DNA of 64,000 bases from Candidatus Magasanikiibacteriota bacterium. GTDB lineage: Bacteria > Patescibacteriota > Patescibacteriia > Magasanikbacterales > UBA922. The stretch lies in NCBI GenBank assembly GCA_003482855.1, contig DMXO01000004.1, positions 58,224 to 122,223 of the forward strand, given 5' to 3'. This document shows positions 39,701 through 49,082 of this stretch, piece after piece (position 1 is the first letter of the stretch; every line of letters starts with the position of its first letter). The notes under the pieces were generated by a model that was not told where the DNA came from, did not search any database, and was given only the letters and a program-made list of their open reading frames with translations. The position numbers were made by a program, and so were the translations under genes.

Positions 39701-40187
39701 ATATGATCACAAAACCACAGTGGGGTACAACTACATGCTCAAACTCAATCATATGGTGGAAGACAAGATTCACCAACGTTCTATTGGTCCTTATAGTCTT
39801 ATTACCCAGCAACCACTTGGTGGTAAAGCACAATTCGGTGGACAGAGATTTGGGGAAATGGAAGTGTGGGCACTTCAAGCATATGGAGCAGCACATACAT
39901 TGCAGGAAATTTTGACGATCAAATCAGACGACGTACCAGGACGTGCAAAGGCGTACGAAGCTATTATAAAAGGTGAACCAATTACCAAGATCAATCTCCC
40001 CGAGAGTTTCAATGTATTGGTACGAGAAATGAAAGGTCTTGGCCTTGATGTGGAGCTTCTCAAAGATGTGAATGGCGAATATATACCAGCAGAAGAAGTA
40101 AAGATTAAGATGGAAGAGATACGAAGACAGGATTATGGTACGACACTCGAGACAGAAAGTACCAAACGTGGACAGACTGAAGAATAA
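36735..40187 (+). CDS. rpoB: DNA-directed RNA polymerase subunit beta
   Basis: 1150 aa, highly conserved RpoB blocks throughout. Confidence 0.97.
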   Translation: MSVYKRQPLKTLERKFFTPLRDAIETPDLIEVQKSSYAWFFEEGLRELFDELSPITDFTGRDLELYFEDYYLDEPKFDEVVCRNKNITYESPLRVNVRLTNSRTGKSEKQEIYLGDVPLMTDRGTFVVNGIERVAVSQLIRSAGAFFTAEAVRGRRFYGAKIIPNRGAWIEIETDQNNVLWIKVDRKRKVAATSLLRAFGYKNDEDIKKLFEDVNTHPNIDFIDNTIKKDAARSEEEGLIEVYRRIRPGDLATADNAKGLIHAMFFNFDRYDLGKVGVYKFATKFSLNLTQEQYDNKEERVLSPEKLVMVLREVVRLNVTQDEPDDIDHLGNRRVRGVGELVQNRFRIGLARMERIVKDRMSTMEMDSIVPNKLINARPVISVMREFFMSSQLSQFMDQVNPLAELEHKRRISALGPGGLSRDRAGFEVRDVHKTHYGRICPIATPEGPNIGLVGHLSTFAKVNRFGFLETPYRKVIHVIPNEARFTEGEVAYEDVVHIVKTGDVITSALAKKLEQEKKIAHIKVKPRVTHEIIYLNSFQEERTTTASATVPLDEKGYFVEDRVPARVHGEAQVIKAEEVEYVDVASNQILSLATSLIPFLEHDDATRALMGTNMQRQSVPCIKPEPPLVGTGVERAAALNSGYVARAPGAGEVTYVDGGKIEFTDTKGKIYTYPISKYVRSNASSSINQRPTVVPGQKLKKGDPMTDGPSIKDAELALGQNVLVAYMVWDGYNYEDAIIISDRLVKDDRYTSVHIEDYTTDVRETKLGEEVVTSDIPNVGEEKLRNLDAEGIVRIGAEVHSGDILVGKITPKGETELTPEERLLRAIFGEKARDVRDSSLYLEHGEKGKVIDVKVFSAEAGDKLQPGVIKQVQVTVADMRKIQVGDKMAGRHGNKGVISRVVPAEDMPFLEDGTPVDIILSPLGVVSRMNLGQLLETHLGLAANALGYKAATPVLNGIHEEQIEEELKKAGFPVDGQLQLCDGRTGEPYDHKTTVGYNYMLKLNHMVEDKIHQRSIGPYSLITQQPLGGKAQFGGQRFGEMEVWALQAYGAAHTLQEILTIKSDDVPGRAKAYEAIIKGEPITKINLPESFNVLVREMKGLGLDVELLKDVNGEYIPAEEVKIKMEEIRRQDYGTTLETESTKRGQTEE

Positions 40188-40233
40188 TTCTCCTCATCTT
40201 ATAACCATAACCTAAACATCTAATAATCTACAT

Positions 40234-43200
40234 ATGGCACGTGATTCACTACACACAATGAACTTCGATGCACTCCGGTTGCGGGTTGCATCACCAGAGA
40301 CCATACGCAAGTGGTCATACGGAGAAGTATATAAACCTGAGACGATTAACTATCGTACTCAAAAACCTGAAAAAGGTGGCTTGTTTGCTGAAGAAATTTT
40401 TGGGCCAACCAAAGATTGGGAATGTTATTGTGGCAAATACAAAAAGATTAGATATAAAGGTATTGTCTGTGATAAGTGCGGTGTGGAAGTAACACATTCG
40501 CTTGTTCGTCGTGAACGCATGGGCCATATTGAGCTTGCAACACCAGTATCTCATATTTGGTTTTTGCGTACTATTCCTTCTCGTGTTGGTCTTGTGCTCG
40601 ATTTGTCTATACAAGCACTTGAAAAAGTAATTTATTTTGCATCTTTTATCATCACGCATGTAAATGAAGAAGAACTCAGGATAACTCATGACGCTCTCAA
40701 AAAAGAGTATAAATCAAAGAAAAAACAAATAGAAAATGAATTCAACCAAAAAGTGGCTCAAGCAGCAAAAGGAGACATTGCAGCATGTGAGAAGGAACGT
40801 GATAGAAAATATGAAGCATTGGAAGAAGATTTCAAACAGGCAGATGTAGAGCTCAAAGAAATTGCCATGCTCAATATTATTTCAGAGGCTCATTATCAAG
40901 AATTGTCATTGCGTTATGGCCATCTGTTTGAAGCAAGTATTGGAGCGGAAGCTATCCGTGGTTTGCTTGAGCGATTGAACTTAAGCGAAACAGTAGAGCG
41001 TCTAGAAAAAGAAATCAAAAAGAGTAAAGGAGCAAAGCGTGAACGTCTTTTACGTCGCGTGAAGCTACTCAAGAGTCTTGAAAAAAATGGTTTGCGTCCA
41101 GAGTGGATGATTATGACCAATATTCCTGTTATTCCACCAGATTTGCGTCCTATGGTTGCTCTCGATGGTGGACGATTTGCTACATCTGATTTGAATGACC
41201 TGTATCGCCGTGTGATTAATAGAAATAATCGTTTGAGACGTTTGCAAGAATTGAATGCCCCAGAAGTTATTTGTCGAAATGAAAAGCGCATGTTGCAAGA
41301 GGCAGTAGATGCTCTCATAGACAACAACGCACGTGCCACAAAGACGGTGCGCGCTTCCACTGGACAAAAACGTCAGCTTCGATCACTTGCCGATATTCTC
41401 AAAGGTAAACAAGGTCGTTTCCGACAAAATTTGCTTGGTAAACGTGTCGACTATTCTGGTCGTTCAGTTATCGTTGTCGGACCAAATTTGAAAATAAATG
41501 AATGTGGTTTGCCAAAAACTATTGCCCTCGAACTCTTCAAGCCATTTATCATGTCTGAAATTATCAAACGCGAACTTGCCCACAATGTGCGTAGTGCTTC
41601 TCGATTTATCGAAAGCAATGCACCTGAAGTATGGGATATACTTGAAGCATTGACCAAAAAGACTCGTGTACTTCTCAATCGTGCGCCAACATTGCATCGT
41701 CTTGGTATACAAGCATTTCGTCCAATACTTGTTGAAGGTAAGGCAATTAGACTTCATCCGCTTGTATGTCCTGCTTTCAATGCTGACTTCGACGGAGATC
41801 AAATGGCTGTACACTTGCCACTGTCTGAACAAGCAAAATGGGAAGCTGAAAATCTCATGGCTTCTGAAAAGAATTTGCTCAAGCCAGCTACCGGTAGCCC
41901 TGTGATTACGCCAGCTCAAGATATTGCTCTTGGTTGTTATTATATGACTAAATACAAGGAGTCTGATACGGCTGAGGTCAAGAAATATTTTGCTAATATC
42001 ACTGAAGCAAAATATGCGTACAAGACCCGTTTCATTACACTTAAGGAACGTATCAAAGTGAGATTTTCAGATTTATCTAAATTTGAAGAAGGACAAAGTG
42101 CTATTGTAGAAACATCCATTGGCCGTATATTTTTTAATGAAATTTTGCCAAATAAGTTGGTGTATTTTAATCAGGTGATTACCAAGAAAGATTTGAGTAA
42201 TATAATTCAGTCACTTCTTGAAATTTATGGACAGGAAGTTACTGCACACCATCTCGATAAGATAAAGAGTCTTGGATACAAATATGTAACTAAATCTGGA
42301 TATTCACTTGGTAAAGATGATTTCCCTTCTCTCGATATGAAAGCAGAAGTGCTTGCTGCTGCAGATACCCAAGTACAATTGGTTCAAGAACAATATGGCG
42401 AAGGGTTGCTGACTGATTCAGAGCGTCACAGTAAAATACTTGAGATATGGGCTGAAGCAAAAGATAATTTGCTCGCACATAGTAAAGATGTACTTGATAA
42501 AGACAAATCAGTATTTGCAATGATTGACTCTGGAGCTCGTGGTTCATGGGGTCAGCTCGGTCAGGTGATTGCCATGAAGGGCCTCGTGGCTTCTCCAAGT
42601 GGAGACATTATCGAACTTCCGGTGAAAGGTAATTTTAAAGAAGGTTTTGATGTACTTGAGTTCTTTATTTCAAGTCATGGTACACGTAAAGGTTTGTCTG
42701 ACACGGCTCTTCGTACTGCTAATGCAGGTTATTTGACTCGTCGTCTTGTTGATGTAGCTCAAGAAGTAGTAGTCAAAGAAGAAGATTGCGGAGATACTGT
42801 AGGTGAGCTGTTTACGAGAGAACAATCAGAACAAATGGGTGAAAAATTATCAGAACGTGTGCTTGGTCGTTTTGTCCTTGCAGATGTGAAGGCTGGCAAA
42901 AAGACGATTGTAAAAATGGGTGAAGTAGTGGCTGAAGAAGCGGCACGTATTATAGAAAAAGATAAAATTGACAATATTCATGTACGTTCAGTCTTGCAAT
43001 GCAATTTGCCAAAAGGCGTGTGTTCAAAATGTTATGGATATGATTTGGGCAACAGGCAAGTCGTGAGGGTGGGCACCGCAGTAGGTACAATAGCCGCACA
43101 GTCTATTGGTGAACCTGGTACTCAGCTCACTATGCGTACGTTCCACCTTGGAGGTGTCGCAGGTGGCGATATTACTCAAGGTTTACCTCGTGTAGAAGAA

Positions 43201-44118
43201 TTGTTTGAAGCGCGTAATCCAAAAAGAAAAGCAGTATTGTCTGAAGTAGATGGTGTCGTCGAGATTGAAGATGCTGATGGCAAGGTTATCACAAGTCCTA
43301 CTGGTCGCAAAATATTTGAAGGACGACGTGGACAAAAAATTATCAAAGTATATCATGAGGGTATAGAAGAAGTAGTGTTTGATGTAGAAGAGACTGATGA
43401 TGTGAAAGTAGAAGATGGGCAGAAAGTAAAGAAAGGTGATAAGCTCATCGTGAGAGGTGGTTCTGGCGAAGATATCAAAGCTGGTGATCCGGGTACTATC
43501 CGTCGTGATGGAGAAAAACTTATATTGGTTTATGACGGCAAGACGACCAAAGAATATGTCATCCCTATGGGATATAAACTCTGGGTCAAACATGGTGACA
43601 CGGTGCAAAAAGGTGACCAGCTTACCGAAGGCGCTGTTGATCTTCAAGAATTGTTTGAACTCAAAGGTCAGGATGCTGTCAAGCGATATGTTCTCATTGA
43701 GATTCAGGAAATTTATGCGTCTCAAGGTCAACGTTTGAATGATAAACATATTGAGATCGTTATCAAACAAATGTTCTCTCGTGTCTTTGTTGAAGATCCT
43801 GGTGATACAGATTTGTTGCCCGGTGAGGTAGTAGAGCGCGCACAGCTTATTATCTCCAATAGGCAAGCAGAGAAAGAGGGTAAGAAGAAAGCAAAAGTTC
43901 GTGATATGCTCATGGGTATTAGCAAAGTGTCTCTCACGACACAAAGTTTCTTGTCATCTGCTTCATTTCAAGAAACATCCCGTGTGCTCGTAAATGCAGC
44001 TATCACGGGTAAGATGGATTATCTCGAGGGATTGAAAGAGAATGTCATTATCGGTCGTCTCATACCTGCTGGTACCGGTATATATGGTACTGGCGTACGT
44101 GTACCTGAAGAAGAATAA
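40234..44118 (+). CDS. rpoC: DNA-directed RNA polymerase subunit beta'
   Basis: 1294 aa, zinc-binding CxxC...CxxC N-terminus, NADFDGD catalytic motif. Confidence 0.97.
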   Translation: MARDSLHTMNFDALRLRVASPETIRKWSYGEVYKPETINYRTQKPEKGGLFAEEIFGPTKDWECYCGKYKKIRYKGIVCDKCGVEVTHSLVRRERMGHIELATPVSHIWFLRTIPSRVGLVLDLSIQALEKVIYFASFIITHVNEEELRITHDALKKEYKSKKKQIENEFNQKVAQAAKGDIAACEKERDRKYEALEEDFKQADVELKEIAMLNIISEAHYQELSLRYGHLFEASIGAEAIRGLLERLNLSETVERLEKEIKKSKGAKRERLLRRVKLLKSLEKNGLRPEWMIMTNIPVIPPDLRPMVALDGGRFATSDLNDLYRRVINRNNRLRRLQELNAPEVICRNEKRMLQEAVDALIDNNARATKTVRASTGQKRQLRSLADILKGKQGRFRQNLLGKRVDYSGRSVIVVGPNLKINECGLPKTIALELFKPFIMSEIIKRELAHNVRSASRFIESNAPEVWDILEALTKKTRVLLNRAPTLHRLGIQAFRPILVEGKAIRLHPLVCPAFNADFDGDQMAVHLPLSEQAKWEAENLMASEKNLLKPATGSPVITPAQDIALGCYYMTKYKESDTAEVKKYFANITEAKYAYKTRFITLKERIKVRFSDLSKFEEGQSAIVETSIGRIFFNEILPNKLVYFNQVITKKDLSNIIQSLLEIYGQEVTAHHLDKIKSLGYKYVTKSGYSLGKDDFPSLDMKAEVLAAADTQVQLVQEQYGEGLLTDSERHSKILEIWAEAKDNLLAHSKDVLDKDKSVFAMIDSGARGSWGQLGQVIAMKGLVASPSGDIIELPVKGNFKEGFDVLEFFISSHGTRKGLSDTALRTANAGYLTRRLVDVAQEVVVKEEDCGDTVGELFTREQSEQMGEKLSERVLGRFVLADVKAGKKTIVKMGEVVAEEAARIIEKDKIDNIHVRSVLQCNLPKGVCSKCYGYDLGNRQVVRVGTAVGTIAAQSIGEPGTQLTMRTFHLGGVAGGDITQGLPRVEELFEARNPKRKAVLSEVDGVVEIEDADGKVITSPTGRKIFEGRRGQKIIKVYHEGIEEVVFDVEETDDVKVEDGQKVKKGDKLIVRGGSGEDIKAGDPGTIRRDGEKLILVYDGKTTKEYVIPMGYKLWVKHGDTVQKGDQLTEGAVDLQELFELKGQDAVKRYVLIEIQEIYASQGQRLNDKHIEIVIKQMFSRVFVEDPGDTDLLPGEVVERAQLIISNRQAEKEGKKKAKVRDMLMGISKVSLTTQSFLSSASFQETSRVLVNAAITGKMDYLEGLKENVIIGRLIPAGTGIYGTGVRVPEEE

Positions 44119-44140
44119 TTTTGTAGAAATTTAAAAAACT

Positions 44141-44166
44141 CCCCGTAAAAGCGGGGAGTTTTTTGA
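44141..44166. terminator. Bidirectional terminator AAAAACTCCCCG-taaaa-GCGGGGAGTTTTTT
   Basis: Perfect stem with flanking A/T runs between rpoC end and convergent gene. Confidence 0.8.
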
Positions 44167-44178
44167 TTAAAATGGAAT

Positions 44179-45660
44179 TTAGTGCTTGGAGACTAGAAAA
44201 GGTTTCATTAGGTTTTTTATTTTTATGAAGTTTTGGTTTGCGTTGACCTCGACTATATCACCAGTTTGAAAAAATTTTGTCGCTGAACCAGTACCCACGA
44301 TACAAGGCACTCCGAGTTCACGCGACAGTATAGCAGCATGACACATTATTCCACCTTGATCTGTCACTATTGCCCCAGCCAACCTCATAGCCGGTACATA
44401 TTCAGGGCTAGTCATGGTTGTAATCAACACCTCACCCTTTTTAATGTTTTTAATTTCATTAGCTTCGCGAATGATCCTTACTCTGCCAGTATAAGAACCA
44501 GCTGATGCTGTCACTCCCAAAAGCAAAGATTTTTTATTTTTTATTTCTTTTTTGTGCCCTACTAGGATTTTGTTTGCTTTTACACCTAAGAACATTTCTA
44601 CTTTATTTTTATTAAAAACAAATAAGCTATTTTTGCTTCTATCTTTCAAAACATCTTCTCTCGTTAAGACATTGTTTAATAAGGCTGATTTCAATTCTTC
44701 TGGCAAATGATATTGTATCAATTCGCGCCTAGTATTTAATCTTTTGGAAATTTCTTCAAGCAAACCAATGATATGATAATGTACCAAAGTGAATTTTTCT
44801 TTTTTATAATCCTGTAAGTAAGATGCCAGACGCAAGTTATTAAATAAATTTTTATGTGTCCTGTCAACTTTATGTTTTTTTTCTAAATTTGTTTGCTGTT
44901 TTCGCAATTCCTTAGAATATTTTTTGCTAGTTAGTAAACGATTTTTCATGTCACCTTGTTTTAGAATACGATCTAAAATCACAAAAAAATATTTTTCATC
45001 CCACAAGTCTAAGCCATAATCATAAGGCACCCAAGAATATTTTTTAGTGTGTATTTTTATAGCTTCCGTCTGGTCCTTAATTTTTTTATTTTTTATTTTT
45101 AAAGCAATATTTAACAAATCATCCTCTTCTTCTTTGGCAAAAGATTTTTTTTGTGGTGCTGAAAGAATTGAATAGGTGGCTGTTAATTCTTCAGGATTAA
45201 AAATTTTTTTGCTTAAATATTTTTTTAAATAACTGCCTAATGATTCTTCCAAACCTAAAACCACCGGTTCACTCCACGGGTAAGCAGCCGTGTATAATGT
45301 AAAATACTTAGAAAACACCTGCCAAAGTTCCTGATTGGTCTTTTTACTTAGATTGGTTTTATAAATACTAAAAGCAAATTTATTTAGGTGTAACATTTTT
45401 TGATTATATTTTTTGATTATATTATCCAAAAAATTTTTATCTTTTTTAACTAATAACAAAGTTTGTTTGTTTACTTTATTTACTCTCGCTTCCGATGCGT
45501 ACCAATACATTATGCCATCTACATATTGTACTAGGGTAATACCAAAAGACAAGCCGAGTGAATCTTTCATGTGTTCACTATAAGATTGAGCAATTATATA
45601 AGCATTAGGTATTAAATGAATCCCTTCTTTTTGCTGCATGAAAATATAATCCTTATTCAT
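44179..45660 (-). CDS. Protein with C-terminal PEP-utilising-enzyme mobile (phosphohistidine swivel) domain; N-terminal region unassigned
   Basis: C-terminal GGIMCHAAILSRELGVPCIVGTG matches the PpsA/PPDK/EI mobile-domain His motif; 493 aa. Confidence 0.65.
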   Translation of the reverse strand: MNKDYIFMQQKEGIHLIPNAYIIAQSYSEHMKDSLGLSFGITLVQYVDGIMYWYASEARVNKVNKQTLLLVKKDKNFLDNIIKKYNQKMLHLNKFAFSIYKTNLSKKTNQELWQVFSKYFTLYTAAYPWSEPVVLGLEESLGSYLKKYLSKKIFNPEELTATYSILSAPQKKSFAKEEEDDLLNIALKIKNKKIKDQTEAIKIHTKKYSWVPYDYGLDLWDEKYFFVILDRILKQGDMKNRLLTSKKYSKELRKQQTNLEKKHKVDRTHKNLFNNLRLASYLQDYKKEKFTLVHYHIIGLLEEISKRLNTRRELIQYHLPEELKSALLNNVLTREDVLKDRSKNSLFVFNKNKVEMFLGVKANKILVGHKKEIKNKKSLLLGVTASAGSYTGRVRIIREANEIKNIKKGEVLITTMTSPEYVPAMRLAGAIVTDQGGIMCHAAILSRELGVPCIVGTGSATKFFQTGDIVEVNANQNFIKIKNLMKPFLVSKH

Positions 45661-45665
45661 AAAAT

Positions 45666-47132
45666 CTAATTATTGTTTTGTGGAGTTAAAATTCTAACTG
45701 TGCCATGATTGGCTCGCACGGCCACAATATCACCGGTTTTAATTTGGGTAGTGGCAGTATGAGTATTTATTATACACGGCTTACCAGCCAAGCGAGCGTT
45801 AATAGCTGCATGACAGAGCATGCCTCCAGCATTGGTCACTATAGCTCCGGCTTTTTTTATAATTTCTATCATAGTATCGTCAGTCATTTCTGCAATTAAA
45901 ATTTCTCCAGTTTGAAACTTTTTTATATCTTCTTTTTTTTCTATCACCCGAGCAACTCCCTGAGCATAACCCTGAGCTCCAACTTTTCCCGCTACTGAAT
46001 GCCCCAGTTCACTTTGCTGTAAAATTTCCTGCAATTCTTCATAAACTTTTTTAACCTCTATTCCTTCAATTATTTTATAATCTTTGCCTAATATAGAAAG
46101 CAATAAACCCTGATTAAATCGATTTTTCAAAGTCTGTTTTTTAATTAGACCATGCAACAAATTATCCAATTCTTCAAAAGTTAAAAAATATAAAAAATCT
46201 ATTTCTATTCCAGTAATTTTTTTTAGTCGTTTAAATACTTTATTCCACAATTCTTGAATTTGCAAATTCACTGTTTGTCGATACTCACGCCATTGTCCCA
46301 ATTCTTTAAAAAATTCCAAAGGATTGGCGCTTAATTTATATTTTTTCAAAATCGTTTTAATAAACTGGTGATGTCTCTTGGCGCGCGCCATTGTCTCTTT
46401 GGTACGCTGGCTTTTGTCCAAAATATTTTCACTAGTCAAAAGTTCGGCAATTTCTGCTTGAGTAAAATTATAAATCTTACCAATTCGCGCCACTTCTTTA
46501 TTATCAAATCCCAAATCAAAGCTATCAATAAAAATTGCCGTGGACCAAAATTTTTTCAAAGTATTTTGCCACTGCTCTAAAAAATTCAACAATTCATTAA
46601 CACCCCATTCTAACGGAAAATCAGTTGCGTATTCCTGGCAAAAGGCTTCTACCTTTTTGCCATAATCAAAAAGACTTTCTTTTAACTCAAAATGTCGCCG
46701 ACTTAATTCTCCATATTCTTTATAAACTGCCTCTGCCATTTCTGCAAATGAGGAGGTAGTATGCCAAAAAACTTCACACACGCCATTTTTAAAATAAACA
46801 TCGCAAGTGCCCAAACCCTCATCAAAAAACTTTGGATTAGGATGAATAATGCCTGCAATTCTAGGCCAAAAAATTATAGGACTTAAATTCAGTACTTGGC
46901 GATACATTTTGGGAACACTTCCTTCATTTTGTTTGGATTCAAATTCTACTATATCAGTAATATCAAGGCCATAACGTTCACAGAGCCGGTCTAAGGTAGA
47001 AAACCACACCCCATCGGCTTTGCCATGAAAAAGTGCTGTAACAGTATTGCGATTTATACCAGTTTCTTGGCTAATTTCAGAGATATTTTTACCCAGTTTT
47101 TTCGCTACAGTATGTATTTTTAACTTAATCAT
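45666..47132 (-). CDS. Paralogous PEP-utilising mobile-domain protein with N-terminal HTH (XRE-like)
   Basis: N-terminal HTH KKLGKNISEISQETGINRNTVTALFHGK; C-terminal GGMLCHAAINARLAGKPCIINTH swivel-domain motif; start taken at MIKLKIH. Confidence 0.65.
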   Translation of the reverse strand: MIKLKIHTVAKKLGKNISEISQETGINRNTVTALFHGKADGVWFSTLDRLCERYGLDITDIVEFESKQNEGSVPKMYRQVLNLSPIIFWPRIAGIIHPNPKFFDEGLGTCDVYFKNGVCEVFWHTTSSFAEMAEAVYKEYGELSRRHFELKESLFDYGKKVEAFCQEYATDFPLEWGVNELLNFLEQWQNTLKKFWSTAIFIDSFDLGFDNKEVARIGKIYNFTQAEIAELLTSENILDKSQRTKETMARAKRHHQFIKTILKKYKLSANPLEFFKELGQWREYRQTVNLQIQELWNKVFKRLKKITGIEIDFLYFLTFEELDNLLHGLIKKQTLKNRFNQGLLLSILGKDYKIIEGIEVKKVYEELQEILQQSELGHSVAGKVGAQGYAQGVARVIEKKEDIKKFQTGEILIAEMTDDTMIEIIKKAGAIVTNAGGMLCHAAINARLAGKPCIINTHTATTQIKTGDIVAVRANHGTVRILTPQNNN

Positions 47133-47225
47133 AATGTAAGTATTTATAAGCATATTATAGTATATTTATATAATTTTGTCAATATTTCACAGTTTTTGTA
47201 ATGATTTCATTACAAAAATGTACAT

Positions 47226-47243
47226 AATACCATTGAAAATTAG
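47226..47243. promoter_or_regulatory. Perfect palindrome TGTAATGA-tt-TCATTACA (operator-like) next to promoter TTGAAA-N16-TATTAT and SD AAAGGAGGAGG of the B12-rSAM gene
   Basis: Read directly; 8-bp arms, 2-nt spacer; the whole promoter region is AT-rich while the CDS is GC-rich. Confidence 0.5.
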
Positions 47244-47320
47244 TCATCTTTTGATATTATATGCAGTTCCCTACACAGTGTCTGGGGGAAGATCTTTACA
47301 AAAGGAAAAAGGAGGAGGCC

Positions 47321-48955
47321 ATGAAGGCTTTCATCGTTGCGTTGATCTCGGCGTTTTGGCAGCTGTTCGGGTCGCATGGGGTTCGGGTTGCCTTGATCCA
47401 GCCGGTGCCACGGCTCAGGTCAAAATCTTTGGGAATTTTCAAGTCCCCGGAGAGTATTCAGGCCCTCGCGGGCCAGCTCGAGGCATTCGGATACAACGTG
47501 CGGATGTACCACTCATCCACAGGCTGGGGCATGATGATCAGGCTCCTGTTATTCAACCCTAACGTGGTCGGGGTCAGTACTATGACCCCAAATTTCCTCG
47601 AGGGGAAGCGGATCGCTCAGCTCCTGAAGCTGTGGCGACCTCGTCTTCCCATTGTGCTCGGAGGCTGGCATGCCTCGGGCGCGATCCAGGCTCACCTCCA
47701 TGGGCAGGAGAGCGAGAGTCTTGGGGAGATTCTCAACCCGAACTCGCCATTCGACTACGTCGTGGCGGGCGAAGGGGAAGAGATCTTCCCCAGGCTCATC
47801 GCGAGCCTGCTCGCGGGGAAGGAGGTCGAAGCCGAACCCGGCGTTAGCATCTTCCGCAATGGGGAGATCCAAGTCGGCGGCTCAACCCCGAGGATTACCA
47901 ACCTCAGGGAGATTGCTGAGCCCTCGTGGAGCGGACTCAAGATTAAGCGCTACCGAGACAAACGTTCCGGAGCGCTCGATCTGAGCGTCCACTTTAACCG
48001 ATCGTGTCGGTTTCAGTGTGCGTTCTGCTCAACCCCCACGGTGTACGGCCATGGGGTGAGGGTGACGCCTGCCCTGCAGGCGTTCGCCTACTTGAAAAGT
48101 GTGGTGGTGACCCACCGCCCACAGGTCATTACTTTCACCGACGAGGACTTCTTCGCCCACATGTCGTGGGTAGAGGAGTTGGTCAGCCTCCTCGAAACCG
48201 ACAACCTCGCAAAGCAGTTTGGAGTGTCGTTTGATACTTTTGCGAGCATCAACGACATCCACCGGCTCCGCAAGGCCGGCAAGGGATATTTCCTCGATCG
48301 TATGCGGGCGGTCGGGTTCGGAAGCTTCACGATCGGGGTTGAGAGTTTCAATCCCAACATCCTCCTTGCTTACAACAAGGAGATGATGATCCTCCCGACG
48401 ATGAGCCGGGAAGAGCGTGGGACCTACACGGGACTCGACAACGATCAGAAGAAGCGCGCACTCGTCACTCATTACCGCAAGCGGACCCAGGAAGCGATCA
48501 ACTTCGCTTCCGAACACGGCCTGCTGGTAGTCGGCGACTACATACTCGGCAACCTCGGCGAAAGCGTGGAGGACGTGCGAGCGGGTTTCGAGATTTTCAA
48601 AAACCTCGAAAACCTGCTTCTCGCATACATCCCTGTCTTCACACCGTTCCCGGGCACCAAGATCTGGGGCGACGCCTACTCGTCGGGTCTGCTCCCGCGC
48701 AACCCTGACGGAAACATTGACTGGATGCGCTTCAATGCATCAGCCGGGGCTCTCAACCTCGGTTACGACATCGGAGCGCTCCGCAATGAGCTCGAGATTG
48801 AGTTCTACACGTCCAGCCGCTACCGGCGAGACATGCTGAAAAACTTGGAGAGCACCCCTGCTCTCCGTGGCCTGTTCGTGGGCCGCTTCAGCTATCTCGG
48901 CCGACTGTTTCCCGGCGACGTCCGCGTCCGGGAAATGATCCAGCTACTGGGCTGA
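47321..48955 (+). CDS. B12-binding-domain radical SAM enzyme (class B rSAM, methyltransferase-like), GC-rich
   Basis: N-terminal cobalamin-binding Rossmann-like region (VVGVSTMTP...IVLGGWHAS), radical SAM CxxxCxxC (CRFQCAFC); start at ATG 47321 after SD. Confidence 0.75.
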   Translation: MKAFIVALISAFWQLFGSHGVRVALIQPVPRLRSKSLGIFKSPESIQALAGQLEAFGYNVRMYHSSTGWGMMIRLLLFNPNVVGVSTMTPNFLEGKRIAQLLKLWRPRLPIVLGGWHASGAIQAHLHGQESESLGEILNPNSPFDYVVAGEGEEIFPRLIASLLAGKEVEAEPGVSIFRNGEIQVGGSTPRITNLREIAEPSWSGLKIKRYRDKRSGALDLSVHFNRSCRFQCAFCSTPTVYGHGVRVTPALQAFAYLKSVVVTHRPQVITFTDEDFFAHMSWVEELVSLLETDNLAKQFGVSFDTFASINDIHRLRKAGKGYFLDRMRAVGFGSFTIGVESFNPNILLAYNKEMMILPTMSREERGTYTGLDNDQKKRALVTHYRKRTQEAINFASEHGLLVVGDYILGNLGESVEDVRAGFEIFKNLENLLLAYIPVFTPFPGTKIWGDAYSSGLLPRNPDGNIDWMRFNASAGALNLGYDIGALRNELEIEFYTSSRYRRDMLKNLESTPALRGLFVGRFSYLGRLFPGDVRVREMIQLLG

Positions 48956-49052
48956 GATGCCCAGTTTACATAGTTCTTTTCTCCCACGGGCAATTGTGGG
49001 TATACTCAAACTGGAGGATGATTGCCCCGTCCTCCCACTGATTATCATTTTT

Positions 49053-49082
49053 ATTTGTAGAAGTGATTGAAGTGATAAAAAA
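49053..49082 (-). terminator. Terminator AACACCT-cccaac-AGGTGTT + U-run for the LRR gene
   Basis: Read on the - strand. Confidence 0.55.

Noticed and set aside
37005-43944. Numerous 60-250-aa ORFs inside rpoB/rpoC
   Set aside because: They are internal to two of the most conserved genes known and are spurious.
47549-48517. Antisense and alternative-frame ORFs inside the B12-rSAM gene
   Set aside because: GC-driven open frames without motifs or RBS.
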